The notes under the pieces are model-generated. The model had not been told where the DNA came from. It made no database searches and saw only the letters and a list, made by a program, of their open reading frames with translations. A stretch of 64,000 nt of DNA from Octopus sinensis (lineage: Eukaryota), in NCBI RefSeq assembly GCF_006345805.1, contig NC_043009.1:50902001-50966000 (forward strand), given 5' to 3'. Of the stretch, positions 12,231 through 25,467 are shown one piece after another (position 1 is the stretch's first letter; every line of letters begins with the position of its first letter). Both the position numbers and the translations under genes were made by a program.

Positions 12231-12927
12231 TAAATAAATGTAAATGAAAAAAGTCCTTCTCGAAGGACACTGTTACCATGAGGAAGAAGACAGATTCGAA
12301 CCATCGCCCTTTTCGTTGGTAGTCGTGATACTCTCAGCCAGCTGTGAATGTCTCATTAAATGCATTGCTGAATATTGAATTCATCGACTTCTCGGTGTAT
12401 GATGAAAAGGAAAAATTCCACATTGACGGAATTTCAAACGAGAATAAAGACGCACCGAACTATGTGATGGAAAGCATCTCGACCGGTGGCCTGCCGTTCA
12501 CGCTAAAACATTTGCCCCTTTTTTTTCTTTACTCGTATATATAATACGTATGATGTGTTTGTTTAAAGTGGCTGTATGTAACGGGTATATGGGGCGGTAT
12601 CTTAGATAGGTTTTTATCTTCATCTCGGGTGGTTTTCTTTCTGTTCTTTCTTACCCGCATACGTACACACACATGTATGCATGCATGCATATGTGTATGT
12701 ATACATATACATTATGTATCTATGTATATATGTATGTATGTATGTGTATATATATATGTGTGTGTATATATGTATGTGTATATATATATGTATGTATATA
12801 TATATATATGTAATATATATATGTATATAATATATATGTATTATATATATGTATATATATAATTATATATATGTATATATATATGTATATATATATATAT
12901 ATATTGTATATATATTATGTATATATG

Positions 12928-12963
<36 letters not shown>

Positions 12964-13342
12964 GTATATATATGTATATATATATCATACATACTACATA
13001 CATACATACATACATACATACATACATACATAGTGGACGTATTGTTTTTAATGGTATTTGTTGTGTGTACGGATATATAGATGTGTCCATGTGTTTCTGT
13101 TTGAACTCGTTCACTTCTTTATTCTGTGAGTATGTTTTACGGTGATCGTTTTACACGCAAATAAAGTGAAGCCCAGCTGCTCAGACCATTAGAGGCAGAG
13201 AAAAAAGAACATTTTCGTCGTTAAGGCTTTAAAATCTTTTTCATAACCTTCTAATGAAGAGTTCTACTGCAGGGGAAGTAATTGATATCATTGGATTTTT
13301 GTCGCTTCAGATGATTTGGCTGTAATTCGGGGGGTAAAGTAA

Positions 13343-13383
<41 letters not shown>

Positions 13384-14562
13384 GAAGAAGAAGAAGAGAA
13401 GAAGAAGGGAGAAAAGGGCGGCGGTGGTTATAAAATAGAAAATAAATAGAAATAAAAATAAAATGAAAAGCAAACAGAAATACAGAAAACAAACCCAAGA
13501 AAAACAAAATATCTCTGTCACCAACAAGACAAACACGACCGCACCTTCACCAATACGGAATCGTTAGTAATACTTATTATGACAGTAACACGGTATCAAC
13601 AACAACAACAAAAATTGGTAAGAAATTATCTGATGCTTTAACGATATTTGATCCGACTCAGAAGAATAAATAAATAAATAAATAAATAGGTGAAAGCTGG
13701 CTCGGCTTCAGACCCAGAATTCCACCTTCAAAGAAATTGTTACAATCATACAAAAGAAAACTCCGCTTTGTTTCTATTTCATGGTTTCCAATAAAAGAAA
13801 AAAGTAAAAAATTTTTTAAAAAGTCTCTCATTGTTACTACTACTACTACTACTCTACTACTACTACTACTACTACTACTACTGCTACTGCTACTGCTGCT
13901 GCTGCTGTTGCTGCCGCCGCATCTGGACAGATTCACTTCTGCACTCAATTAAATTTTTCATCTTTTAATTTCTCCCATTCATGCAAAGCCACATATTCGA
14001 GTTCAAGTCCTTGATACATTTTATACTAATTGCTATTTTTTCTTTTGGTTGTTATATTACGATTTAATTACCATACCTTAGTTTTATTTTAATTACTACT
14101 TACTATATTTACTATATTTAATTGAATTGTTATTATTACCTCTAACTTTTATTGCAATTTTTATTTCTAAATTTCTTATGGAACGTCGAGGGGATCTTAT
14201 GCGTACAATATATTTTTACATGTTGTTTATATATTTATATATTACTATATATTTCTAAACGTCGGGCTTTATGTCTCTTCTGTAGATATAAATGAATATA
14301 TGAATATATGTATGTGTTTGATCTTTCTGTGGATTTTGTTGTGTTCTTGTATTTGCAGCTCGCATTGCCTCCCCTCGGATTAAAAAGTGTATACAGCTCA
14401 TTTGAGCACTACTATTCCAGTCTGTTATATATTTTGAGCGTTGTTGTCACTAACGATCTCAAGACATAACTTTATATTTTGTAATATATATATTTATACA
14501 TCCATATACATACAATAGAGAGATGTTTTTGTTTCACTTTTAACACGTAATACTGAAATAGC

Positions 14563-14892
14563 GGAGAAGATATGATATTGCTGTGGGCCCGCCCTAGGCA
14601 AAAAGTTAACATTTTTTTTGCCCATGAAACTACATGGACCCTAAGTAAGGCATGTGTAAAATTTGATAAAATTGGTTGTGTAGTTCTCAAGTTTTAGTGA
14701 ATCAGAGTGGAGAAGATATGATATTGCTGTGGGCTCGCCCTAGGCAAAAAGTTAAAAAAAGTTTTTGCCGATGACACTCCCCGGACCCTAAGTAAGGCAT
14801 GTGTAAAATTTGAATGTAATTGGTTGTGTAGTTCTCAAGTTTTAGGGAGACAGACAGACAGACAGACACACATTCTCAGTTTTATATATAGA
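14563..14892 (-). mobile_element. Helitron-like fragment with two tandem ~147-bp units
   Basis: ggagaagatatgatattgctgtgggc...ctcaagttttag is repeated at 14563 and 14709. The right end in reverse complement is tctatatataaaactgag, matching the 5' end of the Helitron at 476. Confidence 0.6.
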
Positions 14893-14899
14893 GAGATGT

Positions 14900-15125
14900 G
14901 TGTGTGTGTGTATGTATTTGTGTGTCTGTGTTTGTCCCCCCAACATCGCTTGACAACCGATGCTAGTGTGCTTACGACCCCGTAATTTAGCGGTTCGGCA
15001 AGAGACCGATAGAATAAGTACTAGGCTTACAAAGAATAAGTCCTGGGGTCGATTTGCTCGGCTAAAGGCAGTGCTCCAGCATGGCCACAGTCAAATAACC
15101 GAAACAAGTAAACGAGTAAAGAGTA
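14900..15125 (+). mobile_element. Family B SINE, 3' half
   Basis: tgtgtttgtccccc...cggttcggcaagagaccgatagaataagtactaggcttacaaagaataagtcctggggtcg. Confidence 0.85.
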
Positions 15126-15136
15126 ATAATAATAAT

Positions 15137-15167
<31 letters not shown>

Positions 15168-15600
15168 TATAAAGATCTTGAAATAGAAATCAGCAAAATG
15201 TGGAAGCTGAAGACTAAAACAATACCTGTTGTCATAGGTGCCCTGGGAATGATAGCGAAAGGGACTAATTGCTACCTAACTCAGATACCAGGAAACCCCA
15301 AAATGGCAGAAATTCAGAAGATAGTGCTCATGGGAACTGCTCATATCCTACGCAAAATACTCTCAATGTAATCCCAAGGTTATCTATTTTATTTTATTTT
15401 ATTTTATTTTATTTATTATTTTTTATTTTATTTTTTTTTTATGTATTAGACATTCACTAGTACAACACCAAACAAAACAAAAAAAAACACAAATATATGG
15501 CACAGAACTTCCAACCTGTTGTCTTGAGTCTCTGGGGTAGACTTGAGCCAACTTGTACAGACACTAAAGCAAAAGTCAAACATGAAAAATAAGATAATAA
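15168..15600 (+). mobile_element. 5'-truncated R4/Dong-like non-LTR retrotransposon: C-terminus and 3' UTR
   Basis: 15168-15371 translates YKDLEIEISKMWKLKTKTIPVVIGALG...IQKIVLMGTAHILRKILSM*. This is the C-terminal restriction-like-endonuclease region typical of the R4/Dong group. (AAT)n lies at both junctions. Confidence 0.75.
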
Positions 15601-15612
15601 TAAATAATAATA

Positions 15613-15649
<37 letters not shown>

Positions 15650-15909
15650 TATAAGAAAAAATAATAATAATGATAATCATACTGATAATGATGATTGACG
15701 ATGATAATGATAATAATAAAATAATAATAATGATGATAATGATAATGATAATGATGATGATAATGATGTGATAATGATAATGATAATAATAATATAATGA
15801 AATAATGATAATATAATAATGATAATAATAATATAATGATAATGATAATGATAATGATGATGATGATGATGATGATGGTAATGATAATAATAATAAGATA
15901 ATAATAATA

Positions 15910-15940
<31 letters not shown>

Positions 15941-16031
15941 TAAAAAATAAGAATAATGATAATGATAGTGATAATGATGATGATGATGATGATGTAATGA
16001 TAATAATAATAATGATAATAATAATAATAAT

Positions 16032-16064
<33 letters not shown>

Positions 16065-16114
16065 TAATAATAATGATAATGATACTGATAATGATGATGA
16101 TGACGATGATAATG

Positions 16115-16148
<34 letters not shown>

Positions 16149-16237
16149 TGATAATGATAATGATAATGATGATGATGATGATGATGATGATAATGATAAT
16201 GATAGTGATAATGAATGAATGAATGATAATAATAATG

Positions 16238-16268
<31 letters not shown>

Positions 16269-16333
16269 TGGTAATGATAATGATAATGATGATGATGATG
16301 ATGATGATGATGGTAATGATAATAATAATAATG

Positions 16334-16393
<60 letters not shown>

Positions 16394-16443
16394 TAATAAT
16401 AATGATAATGATAGTGATAATGATGATGATGACGATGATAATG

Positions 16444-16474
<31 letters not shown>

Positions 16475-16542
16475 TGATAATGATAATGATAATGATGATG
16501 ATGATGATGATGATGATAATGATAATGATAATAATAATAATG

Positions 16543-16576
<34 letters not shown>

Positions 16577-16611
16577 TAATAATAATAATAATGATGATAA
16601 TGATAATGATA

Positions 16612-16646
<35 letters not shown>

Positions 16647-16686
16647 AATGATAATAATAATGATAATAATAATAATAATGATAATA

Positions 16687-16741
<55 letters not shown>

Positions 16742-16742
16742 T
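15595..16742 (+). repeat. ~1.15-kb compound (AAT)n/(GAT)n microsatellite
   Basis: Direct inspection. It is the source of the poly-I/Y/H ORFs in the track. Confidence 0.95.
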
Positions 16743-16747
16743 GTTCA

Positions 16748-16955
16748 AAATTTTCCACAAGGACAGCAATTAGGAGGAAAAGGATAAGTCGAAAACATTG
16801 ACTCCAGTGTTTAAGTGGTACTTATTTTATTGACACCCGAAAGGATGAAAGGTAAAGTCAACCCCGGCGGCATTTGAACTCAGAACGCAGCGACGGGCGA
16901 AATACCGCTAAGCTTTTCGTCCAGTGCGCTAACGAATCTACCAGCTCGCCGCCTT
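16748..16955 (-). mobile_element. Family A SINE
   Basis: Head ccagctcgccgcctt at the right end; body gaaaggatgaaaggtaaagtcaacc. Confidence 0.9.
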
Positions 16956-17032
16956 ACAATAACAACGACGATAACAACAACAACAACAACAGCAACAATA
17001 ACAATGATAATAATAATAATAATAATAATAAC

Positions 17033-17085
<53 letters not shown>

Positions 17086-17092
17086 TGATGAT

Positions 17093-17290
17093 AACAAGCG
17101 CACTCAGAGAGCGCAAACTTCCGCCAAAGCAACACCAACGTCATCTCAACGATTAGCCGGAGATTATTTTTAAAATGAGAATATCTGAAATAAACTCGAC
17201 TTTTCTCACAAACGAGAATACGAAAAATGAATCCGACCGCTCTCAAAAATTAAGTAAAAAACCGGGAAAATAATCCAGAATCCTTGTTCG
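17093..17290 (+). mobile_element. Possible Helentron-associated non-autonomous element fragment
   Basis: Begins aacaagcgcactcagagagcgcaaacttccgccaa, a terminus I recall from this class. Not verified. Confidence 0.3.
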
Positions 17291-17299
17291 GTACTTGAT

Positions 17300-17560
17300 C
17301 GATCGCAATGGTAGTCATGGAATGCGAAGGGTGTACAGACCGTGTTTGTTAGGCTGTCTGTGTGTGTGTGTGTCGTCTGCAGTGGGAACAGGGACAGTTT
17401 TATCTATGAAAGCCTTTTTTAGTCTATCCACTGATAAACAGTCTTTACGACCATTAAGGTCTATAGTGAAAAATTTATCCGTCTGTGAAAGAAAACGGAA
17501 AAGACCTGCATACGGTGCTGTTAACGGCACCAAAACATGAGTTCAAGAAATAAAGCTTCC
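17300..17560 (-). mobile_element. Gypsy/Ty3 integrase C-terminal (GPY/F) fragment
   Basis: Translation THVLVPLTAPYAGLFRFLSQTDKFFTIDLNGRKDCLSVDRLKKAF matches the P-Y-x-G-P-F ... V-S-x-D-R-L-K-x-A module. Confidence 0.75.
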
Positions 17561-17859
17561 TTCAAGGCAGAGCTAGAAATGCAATTGTCAAGTCGTGCAA
17601 GAAATAAAGCTTCCTGACAAAGCAGCCTTCGTGTTTCGCTTTGAAGATATGGTCAAGGGTCATTATCGTTGCAAGGACATTTGTTGCGATGCTATTTCTT
17701 ATTGTCTCTTCTAGGTTACTAACTAGCTCTTCCAGTTATAATAATAATAATTAGTACTATAGGCACTTCCTAGAAATTACATGGAACCTAGGGTTCAGTT
17801 GATACTTATTTCCTTGACTCCGAAAGAATATCAATAATAATAATAATAATAATGATAAC

Positions 17860-17918
<59 letters not shown>

Positions 17919-18244
17919 TAATAATGATGATGATAAAAGGGGCAAACTTAACTTTAGAAAGGTTAAGAATTACTGATAAGAAATTGAAACATCCGCTTCA
18001 ATTTTGATGGACACAAAATTAGATTACACATCCACAAACTAACACACACATAAACACACACACACACACACACACACACTCTCTCTCTTTCTCTCTCTCT
18101 TTCTCACATACATATGCACACGTGCACAAATACATATGCAGATATATATATATATATATGTAGGTCCCGGGTTGAGTCGGGGTTAACCACAGTAAATAAG
18201 GTACTCAATACATAGCAGAGTAAATTAATTTATTTTATAGAAGG

Positions 18245-18295
18245 AGCTTCTACAGGACTAGAACTGTTTCATTCAAATGAAATCATCAGGAAGCT
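18245..18295 (-). ncRNA. Type I hammerhead ribozyme (left copy of inverted pair)
   Basis: AGCTTC-CTGATGA-T TTC ATTT GAA T-GAAA-CAG TTCTAGTC CTG-TA-GAAGCT: 6-bp stem I, canonical core, GUA triplet. Confidence 0.8.
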
Positions 18296-18413
18296 TCTCT
18301 TTCTTTTTGTGGAGGGCAAAAAGGCCATCATCGCGGTAGAGACCACCGGAGAGACCTGTGAATAGGGTCTTCAGCCTATGGAGGATGAAAAGCCCACAAG
18401 GTCACTTGTGCCA

Positions 18414-18466
18414 GAGCTTCCTGATGATTTCATTTGAATGAAACAGTTCTAGGCCTGTAGAAGCTC
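18414..18466 (+). ncRNA. Type I hammerhead ribozyme (right copy of inverted pair)
   Basis: GAGCTTC-CTGATGA(18421)-T TTC ATTT GAA T-GAAA-CAG TTCTAGGC CTG-TA-GAAGCTC: 7-bp stem I, 4-bp stem III, predicted cleavage after A18459. Confidence 0.85.
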
Positions 18467-18479
18467 CTTCTATAACATA

Positions 18480-18559
<80 letters not shown>

Positions 18560-19332
18560 GTGTATATATAATATTATATCATATACGGCGTACACATGTT
18601 TCTATCAGCAAGCGTGTCTCGTTAAATAGAAATTTCATATACGTAACAGTTACAAATACCAATGTATAACATACAAAAATGTATGTATATATATATGTAT
18701 GTACGTCTATATGTATGTATGTATGTATGTATGTAGGTATGTATGTATGTATGTATGTATGTATGTATGCATGTATGTATGTATGTGTGTGTATGCGCGC
18801 ATGCGTACACGTATGGGTAGTGATTCGCATTGTATATGTGACTACTGTTTTGTTCCTAGACGGGTGTGTATTTGGAGTAGGAAGGCTCCACATTTTACAA
18901 TAACATTCGTTCTCCCGAAATAATCTGCATATTTCAATGATTTCCTTTATCTCCTTGGTATATATATATATATATATATTATATGCGTGTGTGTATACAT
19001 ATACATATACGTGTGCGTGTGCATATGTGCATATATATATATATGCATATACGTGTATGCACGTGTATGTATATATACATATATATTATACACGTATATG
19101 TATATATATATGTATATATGTGTATATATATATAGATAGATGGATATAGATATAGATATAGATATATGTGCGCACATGCATACACATGAGATAAGCATAT
19201 ACATTTTATATATATATACATATTATATATATTATATGAGCATACATTATATATATGTGTGTGTGTGTTTATGTATGTGTATATATATATATATATATAT
19301 GTACACACAACACACACACATAATATATAATA

Positions 19333-19381
<49 letters not shown>

Positions 19382-19533
19382 TATATATATATAGATAATA
19401 TTATCTATATCTATATTATCTATATACATACATATATATTGATTGACATTAGACATATACGTGTAACTGTGAATGATTACATACATGCAGACATACACAT
19501 AGATGCACATGTGCGTATGTATGCATGCATGTA

Positions 19534-19576
<43 letters not shown>

Positions 19577-19616
19577 ATATAATATGGACATATACATATA
19601 TATATATATATATAAT

Positions 19617-19654
<38 letters not shown>

Positions 19655-20213
19655 CACGCACACACACACACACATATACACACACACAAGTATATATGAA
19701 ATTATAACTACGTATTTCGATAGAGAAACCTAACTGGCATTATCTCACGGTTCTGTTGATAACACACTCAAATAAGTTATTACTTATTCACATCAACCAT
19801 ATTCCCTCCATTTCTACTACGGCTATATCGTTTTCTGAAACGAAATCCTAGAAATTTCTGTCTCCCTCGCTTCAATCTACTACAATAATCATAAATGTAT
19901 ATAAAAATGAAAAGAAAAAATCAGAATTTCATGTACTTATTTATTTATTTGTCATTTTTCTTTGTGAGTGATATTTTTTTTTTTTAAAAAGCAACTATGC
20001 AGCTGATATGTAGATAAATTTTGTTTCTTGATATTTTGTGTTGATGTATCATTTACCGTTGTGTATGTGCGTGTGTGTGCGTGTGTGGTGTGTGTGTGTC
20101 TGTGTTTGTGTGCGTGCGTGTGTGTGTGTGCGCGTGTGTGTCCGTATGTATATATATACATGCATACACACATGATTATATTATGTGTGTTGTGTGTATA
20201 TACATATGAAAAG

Positions 20214-20270
<57 letters not shown>

Positions 20271-20393
20271 GTGTATATATATATATATATATACACAATT
20301 ATATATATATATATACATATATATATGTTATAATGTATATATGCATATATGTATATATTATATATGTATATATGTATATATTGTATATATGTA

Positions 20394-20500
<107 letters not shown>

Positions 20501-21251
20501 TATATACACACATATTTTATGCATATACATACATATATACATACCCCACACCACGCAGACATATATATGAATGTCTATGTATTTGTGCTTGTATTTCTGT
20601 ATTTCACTGCGCTTATTCATGTATGCATTTATTTGCTAAGTTTAGCGCGTAAAGTTCCGTTTTTAGAGTTGTTGTTGGAACCAGAATCTTTGTTAATCCA
20701 TAATCAGTGCACAAAAATTCAATAATGAAAATCTAAGTGTATGCGCTTTACAGTGGCAATGCCTAATGTGAATCGGTAAGTCTTTACGTATGTATGTATG
20801 TATGTATGTATGTATGTATGTATGTATGTATGTATGTATGTATGTATGCATTTTTGTATGAATTTATGTATCTATTCATGTTTGCACAATATATACGTGT
20901 ACGCATCTATGAGTATACGTCGTATATTCATACCTGTAAGAATCAACACGTATTCATATATATAAGAATTTATATTTGTATATTTGCATATAAGTGTGTG
21001 TGTGTGTGTATGTGTGTGTGTATGCATGTGTATATGTGTGTGTTTATGTGTGCGTGTCTATGTGTGCATCTACGACTAGACGTAATGATCATAGGTTCGT
21101 ATGTGAATGAATTCATGCTTCTATATGTTTATAAATGTCTCACTGCATGACACCTTGGCTAAGTGTCTCCTGATATAACCTCGGACCAACCAAAACCTTG
21201 TGAGTGGATTTGGTAGATGGAAACTGAAAGAAGACGCGTCGTGTATTATAA

Positions 21252-21329
<78 letters not shown>

Positions 21330-21343
21330 TATGTGTGTATGTA

Positions 21344-22403
21344 TCTCTATGACCTCACACATCAGCAAAGTCATGGAACGAATAGTCCGCAAGAAACTAA
21401 TCATGTTCCTTGAAGAAAATGACTTGCTGACTGACACCCAGCATGGATTTCGACCAGGTAGGAGCTGCCTAACACAGCTCCTGCAACACTATGACTGGGT
21501 GTTAAAACAGCTACAAAATTGCTCAAATGTAGATGTGATATATCTCGACTTTGCAAAAGCCTTTGATGAAGTCGACCATGGTATGATCTGTCACAAACTG
21601 CGTGGTCTCGGTATAGGCGGAAAACTTGGAGAGTGGCTGCACAACTTCCTAAAAGATAGAAGGCAAGCAGTTGTGGCCAATGGAGCCACCTCCAAGGAAA
21701 CACAAATAACAAGCGGTGTTCCACAGGGCACTGTCTTGGGACCACTGCTGTTCATTGTGGCCCTTTCAGACATGCCCTCAGTTGCTAAGATGGCCACCCT
21801 TGCTAGCTATGCTGATGACACGAAAGTCTCCCACACAATACAAAACCCTGGAAATATTGCACATCTGCAACAGGAGTTGGATACAATATACAGGTGGGCT
21901 GAGGACAACAACATGCAGTTTAATGCAGGGAAGTTCCAAACCCTGCGCTACCGGCACACAAAAGTAAACGACATGCAGACTGGATACACTGGCCCGGGAA
22001 GAATTGTAATTCCTGAGTCAAAACCAGTGCGTGACTTGGGCATTGACATGAGCAATGATGCATCTTTCCAAGTGCATATTACTAATTTGGTGATAAAATG
22101 CAGACGGCTAGCTGGAAGGATTCTCCGAACTTTCAGAATAAGAGAGAAGGAGATCCTGGAGGGTCTTGTCCCAAACTTTGGCATTCAAAGTTACCCCAAT
22201 CGCAGAACGGGGCGCCACTGCATGGTGCCAAAGATTCCAACATCACCATCAAAATACAGGACCAGATACTGCAACAGCTTGGGTTTCAGAAGACCACAGC
22301 TCTTCAACATCCCCCCTAAATGCCTGAGAGACCTGCATGGTGTGGATGTGGGTTTCTTTAAAACTAAATTGGATCTCTTCTTGTCAGGGGTCCCAGATGA
22401 AAC
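21344..22403 (+). mobile_element. CR1-group LINE ORF2 fragment (reverse transcriptase), uninterrupted frame
   Basis: QHGFRPGRSCLTQLL, YLDFAKAFD, SGVPQGTVLGPLLF and YADD motifs lie within ORF 21217..22587. The ORF ends outside this interval are microsatellite or SINE read-through. Confidence 0.95.
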
Positions 22404-22519
22404 TACCTACCTATATATATATATGTATGTATTATACATATATATCTGTATATATACATATATATCTGTATATACATATTATATATACACATACATACAT
22501 ACATATATTTTATATACAT

Positions 22520-22565
<46 letters not shown>

Positions 22566-22570
22566 TATAT

Positions 22571-23132
22571 ATAACATAAGGGACTAAAGCCATCTGAATA
22601 TGGCTAGGGACAGGGCAGGGTGGTGGGGTGTTACTGTTGCATTTAGCCCCAGGCGAACATCGGCAAAATGCAACAGTAACACCCCCACCACCCCCCCCTG
22701 TCCCTAGCCATATTCAGATGGCTTTAGTCCCTTATGATATCGAGCAGTTACTGTCTATATCTCTTTTAGAGAATTATTATTGCTGTCGAACAGATTTTCG
22801 AAATCAGCAAATGTATTTTGCTTGAAAATCTATATATGAATATCCTGCAGAGTGAGATTTCGTCGAGGAAGCGGAGGCCTACCACACGTTGACGATAGGC
22901 AATACACCTTGAAACCATGGTCCGTGTGTGGTTTCCGCTTCATCGGGGAATTATCTCCCTTTGCAGGTTAAAGGACACCGTGACGGTGTCGGGCGTATCT
23001 GTTCGCCTGGGGCTAAATGCAACAGTAACACCCCCACCACCCTGCCCTCTCCCTAGCCATATTCAGATGGCTTTAGTCCCTTATGTTATCGAGCAGTTAC
23101 TGTCTATATCTCTTTTAGAGAATTATTATTGC

Positions 23133-23133
<1 letters not shown>
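22571..23133 (+). mobile_element. Retrozyme-like or Penelope pseudo-LTR unit: 349-bp period, partial tandem plus inverted 5' piece
   Basis: Direct repeat 22666-22784 = 23015-23133. Segment 22571-22659 is the reverse complement of 23000-23089. Contains a hammerhead and is flanked by (TA)n. Confidence 0.8.
22868..22941 (+). ncRNA. Type I hammerhead ribozyme with extended stem I
   Basis: CACACG-TTGACGA(22889)-T AGG CAATACA CCT T-GAAA-CCATGG-TC-CGTGTG. Stem III is the perfect palindrome ACCATGGT with a GUC triplet (cleavage after 22922). Distal stem I is GAAGCGGA(22868-75)/TCCGCTTC(22934-41). Confidence 0.85.
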
Positions 23134-23167
<34 letters not shown>

Positions 23168-23956
23168 GGAACAAAAACGCAATTGAGGACATTAAGACAT
23201 TCGGACAGATAGACGATACAGAGACGGACAAGAGGAACAACAATTAGAAGGAAAGGTAAAAAATGAATGACGGGTCATTCGTGGCTTTCTTTCCTCAGTC
23301 AAGTTCCGGAAGTCACAACAATTTAGGGCAGTTACACTTGAGATGGATCGATTTGGTTGCTCCCCAAAAAAACTCTTAGCTAAGAGAATTAGACCCCTTT
23401 GAAAGAAAGCTACCGAATGTGTACGGTCGTACCCGATAAATTTTCTCTTCGTTTATTCTTTCAGCGCAGATAACAAATGTCATCGCCCCAAATATTTCTT
23501 AATATACACGAATATTTGTTTAGCACTTTACATGAAAAACATGTTGCCGAAACTGATTATAAAGCAATTTTTAAGGTATATATTTGTCTTGTTAGCAAAC
23601 ACGCACGCTTGCTCTTGCCTTGTCGATTCTATCATGAGCCTCTTGTGATATGATTTCCTTTAAAAATATATTCGTCGAATGGACATAAGAATATTTGTTT
23701 TTCTGTAAATGTGTGATTCGTTCCACATCCTATTCCTTCCTTAATGCAGTATCTTCGAATCTCGGTTTCCAATGGTTTTTTTTTTCTCTCGCATTGTTGG
23801 GAGTAAAGGGAAAAAAACCAACCAGTATGGAGAAAGCTTATCATATCATGCCAAAGCCACGAACAGTCATAGTCGCGACGACTGACTGACTGCAGATCGA
23901 TGTGATTTGTCACCGAATGTGCGTATAGATGCTCGCACGCATACACTCGCACACAT

Positions 23957-24147
23957 ACTCTTTACTCTTTTACTTGTTTCAGTCATTTGATTGCGGCCAT
24001 GCTGGAGCACCGCCTTTAGTCGAGCAAATCGACCCAGGGACTTATTCTTTGTAAGCCCAGTACTTATTCTATCGGTCTCTTTTGCCGAACCGCTAAGTGA
24101 CGGGGACGTAAACGCACCCGCATCGGTTGTCAAACACAGACACACAA

Positions 24148-24219
<72 letters not shown>

Positions 24220-24391
24220 CATATTTGCGACAAGCTTCTTTCAGTTTCCGTCTACCAAATCCACTCACAAGGTATTGGTCGACCCGGGGCTATAGCAGAA
24301 GACACTTGCCCAAGATGCCACGCAGTGGGACTGAACCCAGAACCATGTGGTTGGTTAGCAAGCTACTTACCACACAGCCACTCCTGCGCCT
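23957..24391 (-). mobile_element. Full-length family B SINE
   Basis: Head aggcgcaggagtggctgtgtggtaag (A-box-like) and gggttcagtccc (B-box-like). Followed by a CORE-like catcttgggcaagtg, an internal microsatellite and an (AGTAAAAG) tail. Confidence 0.95.
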
Positions 24392-24808
24392 ATACGTGGT
24401 TGTTTAATTATCTTATGGTTTCATTTCACGTATTTCATTATCAGTGTAAAGCATAACATTTGAATCGTTCATTGTTTTTATACTTATATTATTTTTGATT
24501 CTTTGTAAATCAATTTATTACTTTTAAGAGAAGTGTTCTTCATTCTAAATCGGGTTTTCTCGTGTATGCAATTAACACGACAAACATATACCAGAATGTA
24601 TTCTAATCGAAATAAGCGAAACGGAAATTTAAGAACGAGGTACCTCTTGACAAGTCGCCTGACGAAACACATCTGCACTGAATAATGCACCACGACTATT
24701 TCCGCAGAATCTCACCCGCCATGGACGGATGCACGACGGGTCGAAACGATCGTAGTGGTTAATAAAAAAAATGTGTGAATTCCATTTTCTTTTTGTTTCT
24801 CATACACG

Positions 24809-24848
<40 letters not shown>

Positions 24849-25054
24849 TGTGTGTGTGTATGTGATAATATTGCTCATTGTTACTGTTCCACTTCTTCTT
24901 TTGCTTTAAAAGACTACGTTTTCGAGATTGTCTTTAAAGCATTTGAATAGGTCTTAACAACTTTAAAGTAGTGAATATCGCAAATCTGATTAGAAGTATA
25001 TTTTTGATGAGGGAAAGTGTAAATTATCTCATTCGTTAATATTATTCAATAATG

Positions 25055-25265
25055 TGTGTGTGTGTCTTTGTGACTGTGTTTGTCCCCCATCATCACTTGA
25101 CAACCGGTGTTGGTGTGTTTACTTCCTCCTAACTTAGAGGTTCGGCAATAGAGTCTGATAGAATAAGTTCTAGGCATAATAAAAAAAATTAGTCCTAAAG
25201 TCAATTTGTTCAACTAAAACCCTTCACGTATGGCCGCAATCAAATGGCTGAAACAAGTAAAAGAT
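25055..25265 (+). mobile_element. Family B SINE, 3' half
   Basis: tgtgtttgtcccccatcatcacttgacaaccggtgttggtgtgtttac...gaaacaagtaaaaga. Confidence 0.8.
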
Positions 25266-25281
25266 AATATATTATATATAT

Positions 25282-25328
<47 letters not shown>

Positions 25329-25467
25329 AAAATGGTCTTTTTACATACTGAACACGGCTTGGTAAAATTATTAATTACTAATTAATTAATTTTACCCTTA
25401 TTATTATTGACCATATATATATAAAAAAATATATATATGTATATTTGTGCGTGTGTGTGTGTATATA

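Noticed and set aside
12270-12345. tRNA-like remnant on the minus strand (ggttcgaatc)
   Set aside because: Only the B-box is clear and no cloverleaf can be drawn; probably a SINE head relic.
12344-12544. Protein-looking ORF (NIEFIDFSVYDEKEKFHIDG...)
   Set aside because: No recognisable domain or convincing splice sites, and it is short enough to occur by chance.
24635-24760. Hammerhead half-motifs TTGACAA-gtc(gcct)gac-GAAA and GAAA-CGATCG-TA
   Set aside because: Neither can be completed: the first lacks stems I and III, the second lacks a core. At best a decayed relic.
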